Part shown: positions 20,006 through 31,200 of the stretch, one piece after another
How positions within the stretch are numbered: position 1 is the stretch's first letter
Layout: every line of letters starts with the position of its first letter
Virus record (IMG/VR): IMGVR_UViG_3300004282_000002
Coordinates: 1-63,794 of that record
DNA: 63,794 nt
Direction: 5' to 3' (one strand)
Source of the DNA: a virus
Lineage: Duplodnaviria; Caudoviricetes
The notes under the pieces: model-generated
Told to the model about the DNA's origin: nothing
The model's database searches: none
Seen by the model: only the letters and a program-made list of their open reading frames with translations
Position numbers and translations under genes: made by a program

Positions 20006-21183
20006 TGATACGTGGTAATCAATATTTCGGTTTAGGCACAGCGGGGAGTGGATGGTCGCCAAAACTAATTGAGTCTAAGTTACTTTACTGGGGCAAGGTA
20101 TCTGAGATTACTGGTGGACAAATGCCAAACAAAGTTACCGGAGCAACGGATCATATTGACATTGGCGGTTCTGCTGGAACATATACTTTTAGAGTACCTA
20201 ATACTGCTGCTTATATTTCTGCTGATACTGATTATATCTGGTTCAAAACAGATACTTCACAGAGAATAACAACCGAAGCTGAATTAGTTGGTTATGACCT
20301 TCCAAGAACTTCGGTAAAGTATGATAATACAACTCCTTATCTTTTAAGAGAGATTCTTATTTTAAAGGCAGGTGAAACATTAACGACTGCCGAAGAAAAT
20401 GCGATGAGGGATTATATGCAACTGTCTATATGGTGGAGTAACGTTTCTTCTACTCACGGAATGACTAAAGGAAATAGAACAGCACAACAAAATATATGGA
20501 CACCGGAAGCCGTGGGAATTGGATATTTGAGTAAGCCACTTGGAACCGAGTATGCTTACGTAGCGGATAACGGCGGTTTAGATGTTGGTGCAGGCCCATT
20601 TACATTTGCTGTATGGGTTAAGGGACTTTCAACAATAGGAGATGCTGATATATTTTATATCGCAGGAAAAGCTATTGCATTTTCAGTAAATGGCAGATAT
20701 AACTTTGTAACTAATACGGGAACGGGACAAATATCAGCAGCAAATCAGGGATACGGTGGTTATAAAAACATAGATTCAACCGTTTCATTAAAAGATGAAG
20801 TTTGGCATTTTTTACTTATGGAGGTTGCTGGTACGGGATATTTAAGACTTTGGATTGATGATACGGAGATAGGAACACAACAGGCAAGCGACTTTAATGC
20901 TACTCTTGATAATGCTTTTAAATTCTATATCGGTGCAGGTAATAATGCTGATGGATCTGCTGTTGCGTATATTTCTAAAGTATCATTTGCAAGAGCAATA
21001 GTTTATAAAAGTGCTTTATCAGCAGGAGAAAAGACAGCATTAATGAACGGAACTATAAAGGCGGGTTATACAGCCTATTGGAAATTGGATGCTTATCCGT
21101 TGGTTGATGAAACTGGTAATTTTAATCTTACAGGGGTTAATTTATCTGCTGCAAATATTCTAACAACACCAAGTTTACCTTAA
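20005..21183 (+). CDS. LamG/concanavalin A-like domain virion protein
   Basis: FTFAVWVK, WHFL, LWIDD, FYIG and AYWKLD..DETGN LamG-type motifs. Confidence 0.7.
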   Translation: MIRGNQYFGLGTAGSGWSPKLIESKLLYWGKVSEITGGQMPNKVTGATDHIDIGGSAGTYTFRVPNTAAYISADTDYIWFKTDTSQRITTEAELVGYDLPRTSVKYDNTTPYLLREILILKAGETLTTAEENAMRDYMQLSIWWSNVSSTHGMTKGNRTAQQNIWTPEAVGIGYLSKPLGTEYAYVADNGGLDVGAGPFTFAVWVKGLSTIGDADIFYIAGKAIAFSVNGRYNFVTNTGTGQISAANQGYGGYKNIDSTVSLKDEVWHFLLMEVAGTGYLRLWIDDTEIGTQQASDFNATLDNAFKFYIGAGNNADGSAVAYISKVSFARAIVYKSALSAGEKTALMNGTIKAGYTAYWKLDAYPLVDETGNFNLTGVNLSAANILTTPSLP

Positions 21184-21193
21184 AAATATAAAT

Positions 21194-22441
21194 ATGGCAA
21201 CATTCGGAGGCGGGATGACACCTGCAAACTTTTATACAGGACTAAATAAGCTACCTTATTTTAACATATTAGCCTATGGTGCTACAACTGCATCAGATGA
21301 TAATGTTACTGAAATACAAGCTACAATAAATGCTGCTGCTGTTAGTGGCGGAATTGTTTATATTCCGGCAGGAACATACAAAACAGGCAAGCTAACAACT
21401 TATTATAACGTAACAATAGAAGGTGATGGAATTGGTAGCGTATTACAGTCTATTGCCGCAGAGGCATTAATAGAATCTATTTATACCGCATATTATTTCC
21501 CAAATGGGGGTATTAAGAATTTAGTTTTAGATGGAGACAGTATAGGGACTATTGGATTTAATACACAAATGGTTTGTTGCTTTACAATAGATGGAGTATA
21601 TTTTCATCATTTTGTTACTTATGGAATAAACTTTCAAGGTTCACTTGTAGGCCTGATTAATAACTGCTATTTCTATTATAATGCTATTGCAGTCAACGGT
21701 AAAGGTATCACTGTACCAGCAACATCAATGGCTAATCTTGTTACATTTAAGGAGTGCCAATTTGCACATAATACTACATGGGGAGTAAAATGGGAAGATG
21801 GCAGTTTATTAAGATTTGAGAATTGTGATCTTGAATTAAATGGCACTTCAGCAAATTATGCCACGGGTTCTGTTTATGTAAAAAACGGGGATGGAACCAC
21901 AACAGGTAATACTCCTTCATTATATATGCAAGGCTGCTGGTTTGAGAGAAATAACGGCTGGATGGTATTTATAGATGAGTCTGCTGTTAATACTATGTCA
22001 AGTATATGCGATAGTGTATTTTGGTATAATTCAGCAGATGACGGACATAATATTAAGATAGTCGGAGCAGCTAAAGAAAATAGGTTACTATTAAGAGCCT
22101 GTGACTTTGCAGATGTTTTTAATCTGACTATTGATGGAGCCAAAGCGTTAGTTGTTAATGATAACTGTTATTTAGAGGGGACTGTTACATTAGCAAATAG
22201 TGGTAGGTATATAAGACAAAGAGATTGGAACGGTAGAGTTATTGCTCCGCAATTTATAGCAGCGTTAACGGATGACACACCTTCAGATAGTGAAATTGAT
22301 GCAGCAACAGGTCTGACTCCGGCAACCGCAGGAGCAGGATGGCAATGTACGATTAAAGATAGTTCAGGATCAGGATTGCTTTATAAGATAGAATCAGACG
22401 GCACTTCTTGGTATTATACAAAATTAACAGCAGCAATTTGA
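21194..22441 (+). CDS. Tail spike with pectate-lyase-3-like beta-helix
   Basis: NI..YGA....D....IQA.INAA...GG.VYIPAGTY followed by beta-helix repeats. Confidence 0.75.
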   Translation: MATFGGGMTPANFYTGLNKLPYFNILAYGATTASDDNVTEIQATINAAAVSGGIVYIPAGTYKTGKLTTYYNVTIEGDGIGSVLQSIAAEALIESIYTAYYFPNGGIKNLVLDGDSIGTIGFNTQMVCCFTIDGVYFHHFVTYGINFQGSLVGLINNCYFYYNAIAVNGKGITVPATSMANLVTFKECQFAHNTTWGVKWEDGSLLRFENCDLELNGTSANYATGSVYVKNGDGTTTGNTPSLYMQGCWFERNNGWMVFIDESAVNTMSSICDSVFWYNSADDGHNIKIVGAAKENRLLLRACDFADVFNLTIDGAKALVVNDNCYLEGTVTLANSGRYIRQRDWNGRVIAPQFIAALTDDTPSDSEIDAATGLTPATAGAGWQCTIKDSSGSGLLYKIESDGTSWYYTKLTAAI

Positions 22442-22791
22442 TGAAACTAATCCTTATATATATCGTAATTATCATTTTAAAGGCCATTGCTGACGGTCTG
22501 AATGATAAGGGTAGTAAACCACTTGGACATACTACCGATGCGCTGTGGCTTGGTATAATGCTTGTTTATCCGGTTGAATTAGTCTGGTATGTTAAATTGA
22601 TTTCTTTTACTTTGCTTATGATAGCACTTTTTGACTTTACATACAACATTACACGAGGATTGCCGCATCGGTTTGTCGGCACAACTTCCTGGTGGGATCA
22701 GGCAATTTCAACGGTGCCATTTGGATTCATGTTATTTGTAAGAGTGATTTGTTTGATAGTAGGAATATTTTTAATCTTAAACAATGACTAA
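22441..22791 (+). CDS. Multi-pass membrane protein
   Basis: ATG at 22441 (MKLILIY), with 3-4 hydrophobic segments. Confidence 0.6.
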   Translation: MKLILIYIVIIILKAIADGLNDKGSKPLGHTTDALWLGIMLVYPVELVWYVKLISFTLLMIALFDFTYNITRGLPHRFVGTTSWWDQAISTVPFGFMLFVRVICLIVGIFLILNND

Positions 22792-24944
22792 TGTCTAAAA
22801 GTAATATAGATATTAAAGAAAGTAAAAAAGGTAGTCTTCATAAACATCTTGGTGTATCGAAAGATAAGAAGATACCAGCATCCAAACTTGCTATTAAAAA
22901 AACAGATAGTCCTGCTATCCGTAAAAAGAAGCAATTTGCTATAAATGCTCGTAAGTGGAAGCATGAAGATGGTGGTTATCTTGATAGTATGGGAATGGGT
23001 AGTTGGCTTGTAGGTGCTGGTGAGGGTGCTTTAGGTGGCGCTGCCTTTGGTCCAATAGGTATAGCTGCTGGTGCTACATTAGGATTAGCTAAAGGTATAA
23101 TGGGTGATATAGGTCAGAATAAACAAAAGAAAGCACAGGAAGACGCTCAACGTCAACAGATGGAACAGGCTATAGGACAACAGAGATTAGAGGGTAGTAG
23201 GCAAGTGTCTAATATACCAACATTTCCATTAGGAGGTGATGTTAATCTTATAGGACAGAACCTAGGATTAGGATATAAGCTATATCCGTGGGGCGGTACA
23301 CCTAGTTGGGACCCCAATGAAAGGCCTATGCATAATATGTATGAACTTGGTGGTAATATAAATGAAGTATCAGATTTAAAAGGATATAGTTATAACCTTA
23401 TGGCTAATGGTGGCTCATTAGCCGAACTACCATCATGGTATCGCTCTAATGCGTTATCTATGGCTAAAGGTGGTCATATGCCTGAAGGTAATGCTACATT
23501 AAAAGAAGCTAAGGAATTTGAGAAGATGTATCCTAAAGAAATGGCCTTTGGTATGCAGACAGAATATGAACATACAGGGAATAAAAAATTAGCTATGCGT
23601 ATAGCTGCTGATCATATTAAAGATAGTATAAAGATTAATCAAGGTGGTGAACCTGATTATTATCAGAAGCTACAACAGGCTGGTATATCTGATGAGTTGA
23701 ATAAGATGCCACAGATGAAGGGTGGAGGGTTTCTTAAACCAGCCAAGGCTGCCGAGATGCTTAAGGATGGTAAGATACATGGTAAGCCAATAACAGAAAG
23801 ACAACGTAAGTATTTTCAAGCCATAGCCCATGGATGGAAACCTGATAAGAAGATGGGTGGTGGACCAATGGATATGCAACAAGGTGGTGATATTAATAAA
23901 CTTATATATAATAAAGAAAATATATTAAAGGCAGATCCCATCATTTCTGGAATGGAAAAGACGAGAAGTAATCAATGGGATGAATTTGATAGTTTAGTAA
24001 ATGATAAATATGAATCATTAGTTGGTAGGATTCCATATGATATTAAAGATAAATCTACATTTAAGATAATAGATATAGAGGAAGGAAAACCGGGAATAAG
24101 ACATGGTGCAAAGATTAACAAACAGATATTAGCCGATTTGTCTAAAGCTGCCGCAAAAGAGAAAGTTCCTCTTATGGATGCGCTAGAGACTTCAATGAGA
24201 GAGAGTGGAATTGGATCTTATTCTGGATATTCTAAATCACGCCAAGCTGAGGGATTAAATCCTGAAGTTGTTATGGCGGGATGGTCTTCTCGTTATATAA
24301 AAGGTATGCCAGATTCTTACGATCAATATTTACTGAAAAGAAATTTAGTCCCTAAGGATCTAATATATAAGGATTTCAATGGATATGGTGTCAATAGTGC
24401 ATTAGATGAGCAATGGTATTTAAGCAATCTTGATAAATATAAATCCTATTTAAATGATTTTAAACAAGATTCTACATTAAACGAACCATTCAGGAAAGAA
24501 ATGAGATACTTAAAAGATAATACTGGACAGAAATACAATCCTGGTGAAGGAGATAGAGAACAGAAACTTGCTAGGGAAAGAAAAGTTATTATGGCTAATC
24601 CACAATTATATAATTATGCTGATTCAGTATATAATGCTAATAAGGTATATGGTGGTTCAGTATTAATGGATTCATATGCGCTAGGAGGTGGATTACATAA
24701 GCTTCCAGAAACTGGTCGTATACTTGATAGAACAACTACTAGTGGTAATATGGATAATGGCACTTCTAATAATGATAATGTAGTTACTGAGTATAAAGGA
24801 GGAGGAACTCATGCGGAGAATAGTAATGGAGGAATACAGATTGGACAAAAAGCTCGTGTTGAAGAAGGTGAGGTTAGGTTTGATGATCCTGATGGTGATT
24901 CTTCTTACATCTTCTCAAATAGAATACCCTATAATAGAAAATAA
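22791..24944 (+). CDS. Cargo/ejection protein, multi-module, including a DUF5661-like segment
   Basis: Gly-rich hydrophobic hairpin, G...E.EHT.....A..IA.DH.....DYY..L (DUF5661-like), C-terminal GG.H....GG......VE.GE...YIFSNR, and about 12 aromatic/Met-x-x-GG linkers. Confidence 0.6.
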   Translation: MSKSNIDIKESKKGSLHKHLGVSKDKKIPASKLAIKKTDSPAIRKKKQFAINARKWKHEDGGYLDSMGMGSWLVGAGEGALGGAAFGPIGIAAGATLGLAKGIMGDIGQNKQKKAQEDAQRQQMEQAIGQQRLEGSRQVSNIPTFPLGGDVNLIGQNLGLGYKLYPWGGTPSWDPNERPMHNMYELGGNINEVSDLKGYSYNLMANGGSLAELPSWYRSNALSMAKGGHMPEGNATLKEAKEFEKMYPKEMAFGMQTEYEHTGNKKLAMRIAADHIKDSIKINQGGEPDYYQKLQQAGISDELNKMPQMKGGGFLKPAKAAEMLKDGKIHGKPITERQRKYFQAIAHGWKPDKKMGGGPMDMQQGGDINKLIYNKENILKADPIISGMEKTRSNQWDEFDSLVNDKYESLVGRIPYDIKDKSTFKIIDIEEGKPGIRHGAKINKQILADLSKAAAKEKVPLMDALETSMRESGIGSYSGYSKSRQAEGLNPEVVMAGWSSRYIKGMPDSYDQYLLKRNLVPKDLIYKDFNGYGVNSALDEQWYLSNLDKYKSYLNDFKQDSTLNEPFRKEMRYLKDNTGQKYNPGEGDREQKLARERKVIMANPQLYNYADSVYNANKVYGGSVLMDSYALGGGLHKLPETGRILDRTTTSGNMDNGTSNNDNVVTEYKGGGTHAENSNGGIQIGQKARVEEGEVRFDDPDGDSSYIFSNRIPYNRK

Positions 24945-24945
24945 T

Positions 24946-26055
24946 ATGGCAAAGAAACAGATGACTTATGCCGATATGGCAAAGAAGATAAAGGCTAAAT
25001 ATAGTAGAGCTGATTATGATAAGATGGAGCATGATGAGATGATTGCTGAGTTACGTAAGTTACGTGATGAGCAAGAGGAAGATCGTGCTGTTATGGGTAT
25101 TGCTGAACACGCAGATAATATGGATAAGGAAGATCAATTTGATGGATTAAATAATAGTCAATATTTACCTAATACGTTTAAAACAAAGCCGTTGGCTTAT
25201 GATATTCAAAAAGATAATGTTTATGGTGACGGTATCGGGTTGAATAATAATATAAATGCTACATCAAATAATTCTATGCCAGTAGATAACCCATATAGTG
25301 GGGTTAACGCTCCTGTTAATGTTAATAATAGTGCTTGGCAACCAATGGATAATCCTTCATTGTATGCTAATGCCAATAGATCTTTATCGTCTACTACAAC
25401 TAATAAATGGCAATTACCCAAGACTAGTATATTGCCAATGGCTATATCAGCTGGATCATCTATCATAGGTGATATATTACAGATGCGGAATATCAATAAG
25501 AATATGCCTAAGTCTGTAACGCTACCAAGGATGAATGCTGAAAGGATCTCACTAGAGCCACAGAGACAGGGTTTACAGCGATCATATAATACAGTTGGTA
25601 ATGTTATGATGCGTAACGCAAGAGATGTCTCAAGTCCTGGTAGTGCCTATGCTAATCAGATAGCTGGATTAACTGGATTGACAGATTCGTTAGGAACACA
25701 GATGGGAACATCATATATGAATGAGGCTAATACTAATGCTCAGATGAGGCAAGATGCTAGCATGAGAAATCAACAGGTAGGTGTGCAAGAAGCGTTGCAG
25801 AATGTACAGTTACAACAGCAGAATGCTGGGATGAAAGGTGATATTATAAATAGCCTATCACAAACAATACCAATGGCTTTAAGAGACTACGGACAACAGG
25901 CTAGTCAGACAAATATGTTAAGTACCATGGGGAAAGACTATGGATTATATAATAGAATAAATCCTAATGAGACATTCAGGCAGAGACTTGAGAGACTCAT
26001 GAATATGGCTCCATCAGAAGTAGTTAATAGAAACAATCCTTATATTAGACAGTAA
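24946..26055 (+). CDS. Cargo/ejection protein (Q/N/M-rich, helical)
   Basis: Start reassigned to ATG 24946 (MAKKQMTYADMAKKI); lies in the cargo gene block. Confidence 0.6.
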   Translation: MAKKQMTYADMAKKIKAKYSRADYDKMEHDEMIAELRKLRDEQEEDRAVMGIAEHADNMDKEDQFDGLNNSQYLPNTFKTKPLAYDIQKDNVYGDGIGLNNNINATSNNSMPVDNPYSGVNAPVNVNNSAWQPMDNPSLYANANRSLSSTTTNKWQLPKTSILPMAISAGSSIIGDILQMRNINKNMPKSVTLPRMNAERISLEPQRQGLQRSYNTVGNVMMRNARDVSSPGSAYANQIAGLTGLTDSLGTQMGTSYMNEANTNAQMRQDASMRNQQVGVQEALQNVQLQQQNAGMKGDIINSLSQTIPMALRDYGQQASQTNMLSTMGKDYGLYNRINPNETFRQRLERLMNMAPSEVVNRNNPYIRQ

Positions 26056-26056
26056 T

Positions 26057-28276
26057 ATGGCTTACGTACCACAGTTTATTCAAACAGATCCTTCAGTATT
26101 ACAGGGTACTCTTAATCAGTATCAACAGGCTTCTGACACAGAAACAGCAAGGCAGAATCAGGTTAGTGATACTTATAGTGCTATACCTACTGCTCAAATT
26201 GACGCAGCTGATAAGGCTCAGGTAATGGGTCAGTTTGGTAAGATCCGTGAGGAGTTAGATAAGAAATATAATTATGATAGGGCTAATAGTCAGTATGCAC
26301 AAGATCTTGCTAGAGAGATAACTAACCTACGTAGTAATCCTTTATGGGGACATCTACAACAGAAGGATGAATTGAATAAGATGAGGCAACAGTTAATAGC
26401 TACTAAAGGTGCTGATTACTATGAGAACTTTAATCCTAATGCTATTACTGTAAAAGATGCTAATAAGTTGCAAGATTGGAAGCCAGTAGACCTTAAGGAT
26501 GTTAGAGAGGCTGCCGCTTTAGCTGCCAAAGAACATGCTAAGAGTATTTATGCCACTACATATGACAAGACAACTGATCCTAATTATATTTTCAGAACAG
26601 AACATGTAGGATATAAAGACACTAATCAAGCTAGTCAGTTCCTTAATACTCCAGAGGGAGATGCTTGGTTGAAACAGTCTATAGCATCTAGAGGATTTGA
26701 TCCTAATGACCATATAATGTATAAAGAAGCATATACCGCAGCTTTAAGTAATCTTGTTGGTACTGAGAAGACTGATAACCTTATTAACTATGGTTATCGT
26801 GATGCTCAAGAAGAGGCTGCTAGAAAAAGGGTTACTACTAGTACAGACCAATTACCACTTGTTAATACTGGTAACTTTGGCGAACAGAAAGCATACGGTG
26901 TCACTGATCTTGCTGATGCTTACAAGAAACAACAGGAATTAGATGCGTTAGATAAGATACCAGAAGAGAATAAAACGACTGAACAAAGCGCACAGGCTGA
27001 TGCCTTACGTTACGATATAGAGAAATATCAATCATTGATGGCTGAGAAAATGAACTCTCCAATTGGTAAGCGTGTGCAAGAAAGAGGTCTTAGTCTTATG
27101 AATGAAAAATATGGACTTACTGGTGATGAGGCTCAGAAAAAATATAATGAATTAATAAACTATTTTGCTCAGACTAATGCCTATGAAAGATCATTTGAGG
27201 GTGGTGCTTTTGGTGGTGTAGGTAGTAAGATAAGTGCTGGATTATCTGTCATAGCTAATACAGAGAGAATAGCTAAGCAAGCTATGAAGTCAGCATTGCC
27301 ATGGAAGGATAAGGAGAAGGCAATGAATAATATATCATCATCTATAAATAATATAGCTAAGGCTATTGATGGTGACGATAAAGATGGTGAGAATGAATCT
27401 GATCAAAGCATGGTTCATTATGCCACCAACGAGGCTACTGATAAGCTAGCCGCTAAATATTCTGATCCTAAGGAATATAAAAAGATGTTATTATTAAGTG
27501 ATGCAAAGAAACAAGAATTATTTTATTCTGAGTTTTATAAATCCTATAGAAATATTAAAGAATTTAAAAAGTTCTATAAGGCTAAAGGAGATTACTTTGC
27601 AGATGGATTTGCTAATATAGAAAGACCCTTAAATGAAGATCTAGGGAAAGGAGAGACTGTTGTCTATCAAAAATATGCATTTGCTCCAGGAACAAAAGAC
27701 GCTACTACAAAGCCGTATTTTGATTTTGCAGTAGATCATCTAGAAGACTTCGACGTATATGAAGTTAGTACAGATAAAAGTAAAAGAGATACAAAGAAGA
27801 CATTTGAAGAAGCTTCTAAGGTGCGTGATGCCCTTAAGGCTGATCAAGTTAGTGGCGCATTCGCTTTCGAGAGAGAATCAGAACCACAAATTATACTTAC
27901 TGGAAAAGACGGAAAACAATATAAATTAAAGATGGATCTTAATAAGATGTCTACTGATGTGGCAATGAAATATGCTGAAGACACTGGTAGAATAGAGTTC
28001 TTAGATGGTAGATTTAAGGACATAAGATTCTCTGAAAGACCATACAGTGTTGCTGATAAAGATAATTACCTTAAGAATGTTCTTAAGAGAACATTTGGTG
28101 AGGATGTTAATCTAGATGCGTTTAAGGGTGTTCAGGTTTCTCAAAAGAAGATTGGGAAAGAGATACTTTATACGCTATATCATCCATCATTAGGGGCTAA
28201 TGAACCTATTGAATATGGAAGTAAAGCACAACTTATGTATGCATTAAACACAATTTATAAGACAAGAGTACAGTAA
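26057..28276 (+). CDS. Cargo/ejection protein
   Basis: 739 aa helical protein immediately upstream of the virion RNA polymerase. Confidence 0.6.
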   Translation: MAYVPQFIQTDPSVLQGTLNQYQQASDTETARQNQVSDTYSAIPTAQIDAADKAQVMGQFGKIREELDKKYNYDRANSQYAQDLAREITNLRSNPLWGHLQQKDELNKMRQQLIATKGADYYENFNPNAITVKDANKLQDWKPVDLKDVREAAALAAKEHAKSIYATTYDKTTDPNYIFRTEHVGYKDTNQASQFLNTPEGDAWLKQSIASRGFDPNDHIMYKEAYTAALSNLVGTEKTDNLINYGYRDAQEEAARKRVTTSTDQLPLVNTGNFGEQKAYGVTDLADAYKKQQELDALDKIPEENKTTEQSAQADALRYDIEKYQSLMAEKMNSPIGKRVQERGLSLMNEKYGLTGDEAQKKYNELINYFAQTNAYERSFEGGAFGGVGSKISAGLSVIANTERIAKQAMKSALPWKDKEKAMNNISSSINNIAKAIDGDDKDGENESDQSMVHYATNEATDKLAAKYSDPKEYKKMLLLSDAKKQELFYSEFYKSYRNIKEFKKFYKAKGDYFADGFANIERPLNEDLGKGETVVYQKYAFAPGTKDATTKPYFDFAVDHLEDFDVYEVSTDKSKRDTKKTFEEASKVRDALKADQVSGAFAFERESEPQIILTGKDGKQYKLKMDLNKMSTDVAMKYAEDTGRIEFLDGRFKDIRFSERPYSVADKDNYLKNVLKRTFGEDVNLDAFKGVQVSQKKIGKEILYTLYHPSLGANEPIEYGSKAQLMYALNTIYKTRVQ

Positions 28277-28293
28277 ATATAATTTAAATCTTT

Positions 28294-31200
28294 ATGGCTA
28301 CACCTTCAGTGTTGGGACAAGAACCTATTGTTCCAGAAAATTTATCTAAACCAACGTTAGATAAACCCGGTATTACTGAACCTGATCTTGCAACTAATTT
28401 GCGAGCTATCAGTGCTATGGACTTTGGTAGGCCTGCGCAAGCTACCACTCTTCCTGTTTCTGAACGTCAGTTTGCTAAAAGGCTTAGTCCTATGGCTCCT
28501 GTTGTTGGAACTAATATTATGGAAGACCTAGCTCAAGATCAATCAGGTTGGGAGCAAATGGCCTATCTAGTGCCAAGAGCATTAAGTAAAGCAGCAATAG
28601 AAGCCGCTAAACTTCCTGGTATGATAGAGGGATTTGGTGAGTGGGCTACTACTGGATTCTCTTCGGAAGACTATGGTAATGCTTTTAATAATGGATGGGT
28701 ACTTGCATTAGATAGGTTCAATGAACAGATACAGAAAGAAGGCTTGCCAGTATATGTCCCACAGTCAGTACAAGATGGAAATATATTTAAGAAGTTAGCA
28801 TCTACATCATTCTGGGCTACAGAGGGAGCTGATGGTGTTGGATTCTTATTGGGTATGATGGCTCCAGGCGTTGCTCTTAGGGCATTAAAGCTTGGTGCTA
28901 ATACTACAAAGTTATTTAGTGGAGTCAATAAACTAGTCAAGCCAGGATCAGAATTAGAGACTATGGCTGCTAGTATGAAAACAGCTAGTCGTATAGATGA
29001 TTGGTCAGCAGCTGCTGTTAACACAGTATATGAGGCTGGTATAGAGGGACAACAGGCATTCAATGACTATCTTAATCAATATCCTGGTGATGTAGAAGGT
29101 GCTGGTAGGGCTGCTAAGCAGACATTCGTAGCTAATAATGCTATACTGTTAGGGCCAAACCTACTTAATCAGAAATGGTTATTCAATGGATTCAAGAGAA
29201 CAGAGCAAGTAGCTAAGTCAGTTGGTAAGCCAGCCGTAACTAAAGCTATAGCTTCTACTATAACCCCTACTGGTGAACTTGGTAAATTAGCTACAAAAAC
29301 TACTTTTGATAAGGTATTTGATGTCACCAAGATTATAGGCAAGGGTGTTTTATCTGAAGGATTCTTTGAAGAAGGATTACAGTATGCCACATCTGAGAGA
29401 GCAAAGAAGACCAAGGGTAATCTAGATTTCGCTGGAATAGTTGATGAATATATAAAAGATATTACTGCCGATACGCAAGGTAATACTGAGATGTGGTCAG
29501 GTATAATACTTGGTGGTATCATGGGAGGTGGGATGTCTTCTTATGGGGCTATAAAACAAGCCAAGACCGAGGAGAAGTATGGTAAAGAGTTATATGGGTT
29601 ATTGAATAATAACTACATTAACTATAACAAAACATATAAGGATTTTGCTAAGACAGAAAATGGTCAGCCAATATATGATAAGAGTGGACAGATAGAGATA
29701 GACATACCTAAACTTATTGCTGGTGGCGCATTTGCTATTAAAAATGCAGCCTTGCGTGAGTCGGCATTAGCAGCTTATGAAGATGGTGATCAGGAGACAT
29801 ATGATCAAGTAATGAATCTCATTCACTTTGACTATATGTTACCATGGTTACAGATGGAAGGTGGTATAGATCTATTAAAAGAACATATCAAGGCTATAGC
29901 TGTTAAAGAAAAGGCTAGTGATGAAGCAAATGGTATAACTGATTCTAAGAGTGTTGCTGAGATAGAACAGTCATTAGTAGATAAGGCTACTAAGTTTCAG
30001 GAGATATACAATAAGATAAACGATACTCATGATCTATCGTTTGATATTAGTAAGAAGAAGACAGCTACTAAGGATGATATAAAATCATTTAGTGATCTTG
30101 TTAAGGCTAATAAGATGTCTGCTAAGGTGCAAATGGATCATTTTACTGATAGGGTTAATAAATTAAAGAATACATTATCTACTAATGGCGTAACATCCTC
30201 TTTTAGTAAGATGGATGATGCTATGGTTTCTGAGTTGGAAGATAGTTATAAGAAACTTGCCTCTACGAAGTCATTAGATAGCGTACAGCAAGCTGAAATA
30301 GAACAGACGATAGCAACTGTCAAGCAAGGAGTAAAGGTCTACAATGAGGCTAGAAAGGCCCTTAACGAGGCTTTTGATAAGAAGAGTTTAAATAAGGCTT
30401 TTGATCAATGGTTAACAGCTAAAGTAAAAGGAGAACAGAATAAGACTAATCTAGGTAAGCTTAAAGATCCTGGGTTGGCAAGTATATGGAATAATGCTAA
30501 CAAGAAAGGTAATCTTGGTATTAAATATACTGATGCGTCTGGTAAGGAACATGCTGTTATTGCTAAGATAAACAAGGTTAATGAAGATGGTACATTAGAT
30601 GTATCTGTATTAAACAAGAAAGAAGATGGTACGTGGGAGCCTAAAGAGAACATTACTATCAATAATTCTAAAGAAATAAAACTAAGTGATGGTACTGTTG
30701 TTATTGCTGATATATCTAGTTATGCTACTCCTGAAGAAGCTGAGAAAGGCAATCTTATAAATGGTAGTAGTGGTACTAATATAGAAAATGAGCTATCACA
30801 TTCATTTGAGATAGCAAGTGTTAGTTATGAGAAAGACCCAAAGACTCCATATTCTGGGTTTGATTCATTTCTAAAGATAACATCTAATCAGGATCAGGCT
30901 GGTACTAATTCTAATGTTGCTAGATTCTATGTCTTTGTAAATAACTATTGGAATAAAGGACAGACTTATCAGGGTAAGGTTGTAATGAAATATTCTTTCA
31001 AGACGTTTCATTATAATCAGATGGCTAATCAGAGCGACCTTCTAAAAGATAAATTACTATTCTATGTTGGTGATGGTAAGTTCATGTCCTATAATGAGAT
31101 ACAGAAAGCTGATAATAACGCTAGCATAATAGATAAAGCTAGGCAGGATATAAAGGTAGTTGTTGTTGATGCTATTACTAAGGATATAAGTAAGTTTGAT

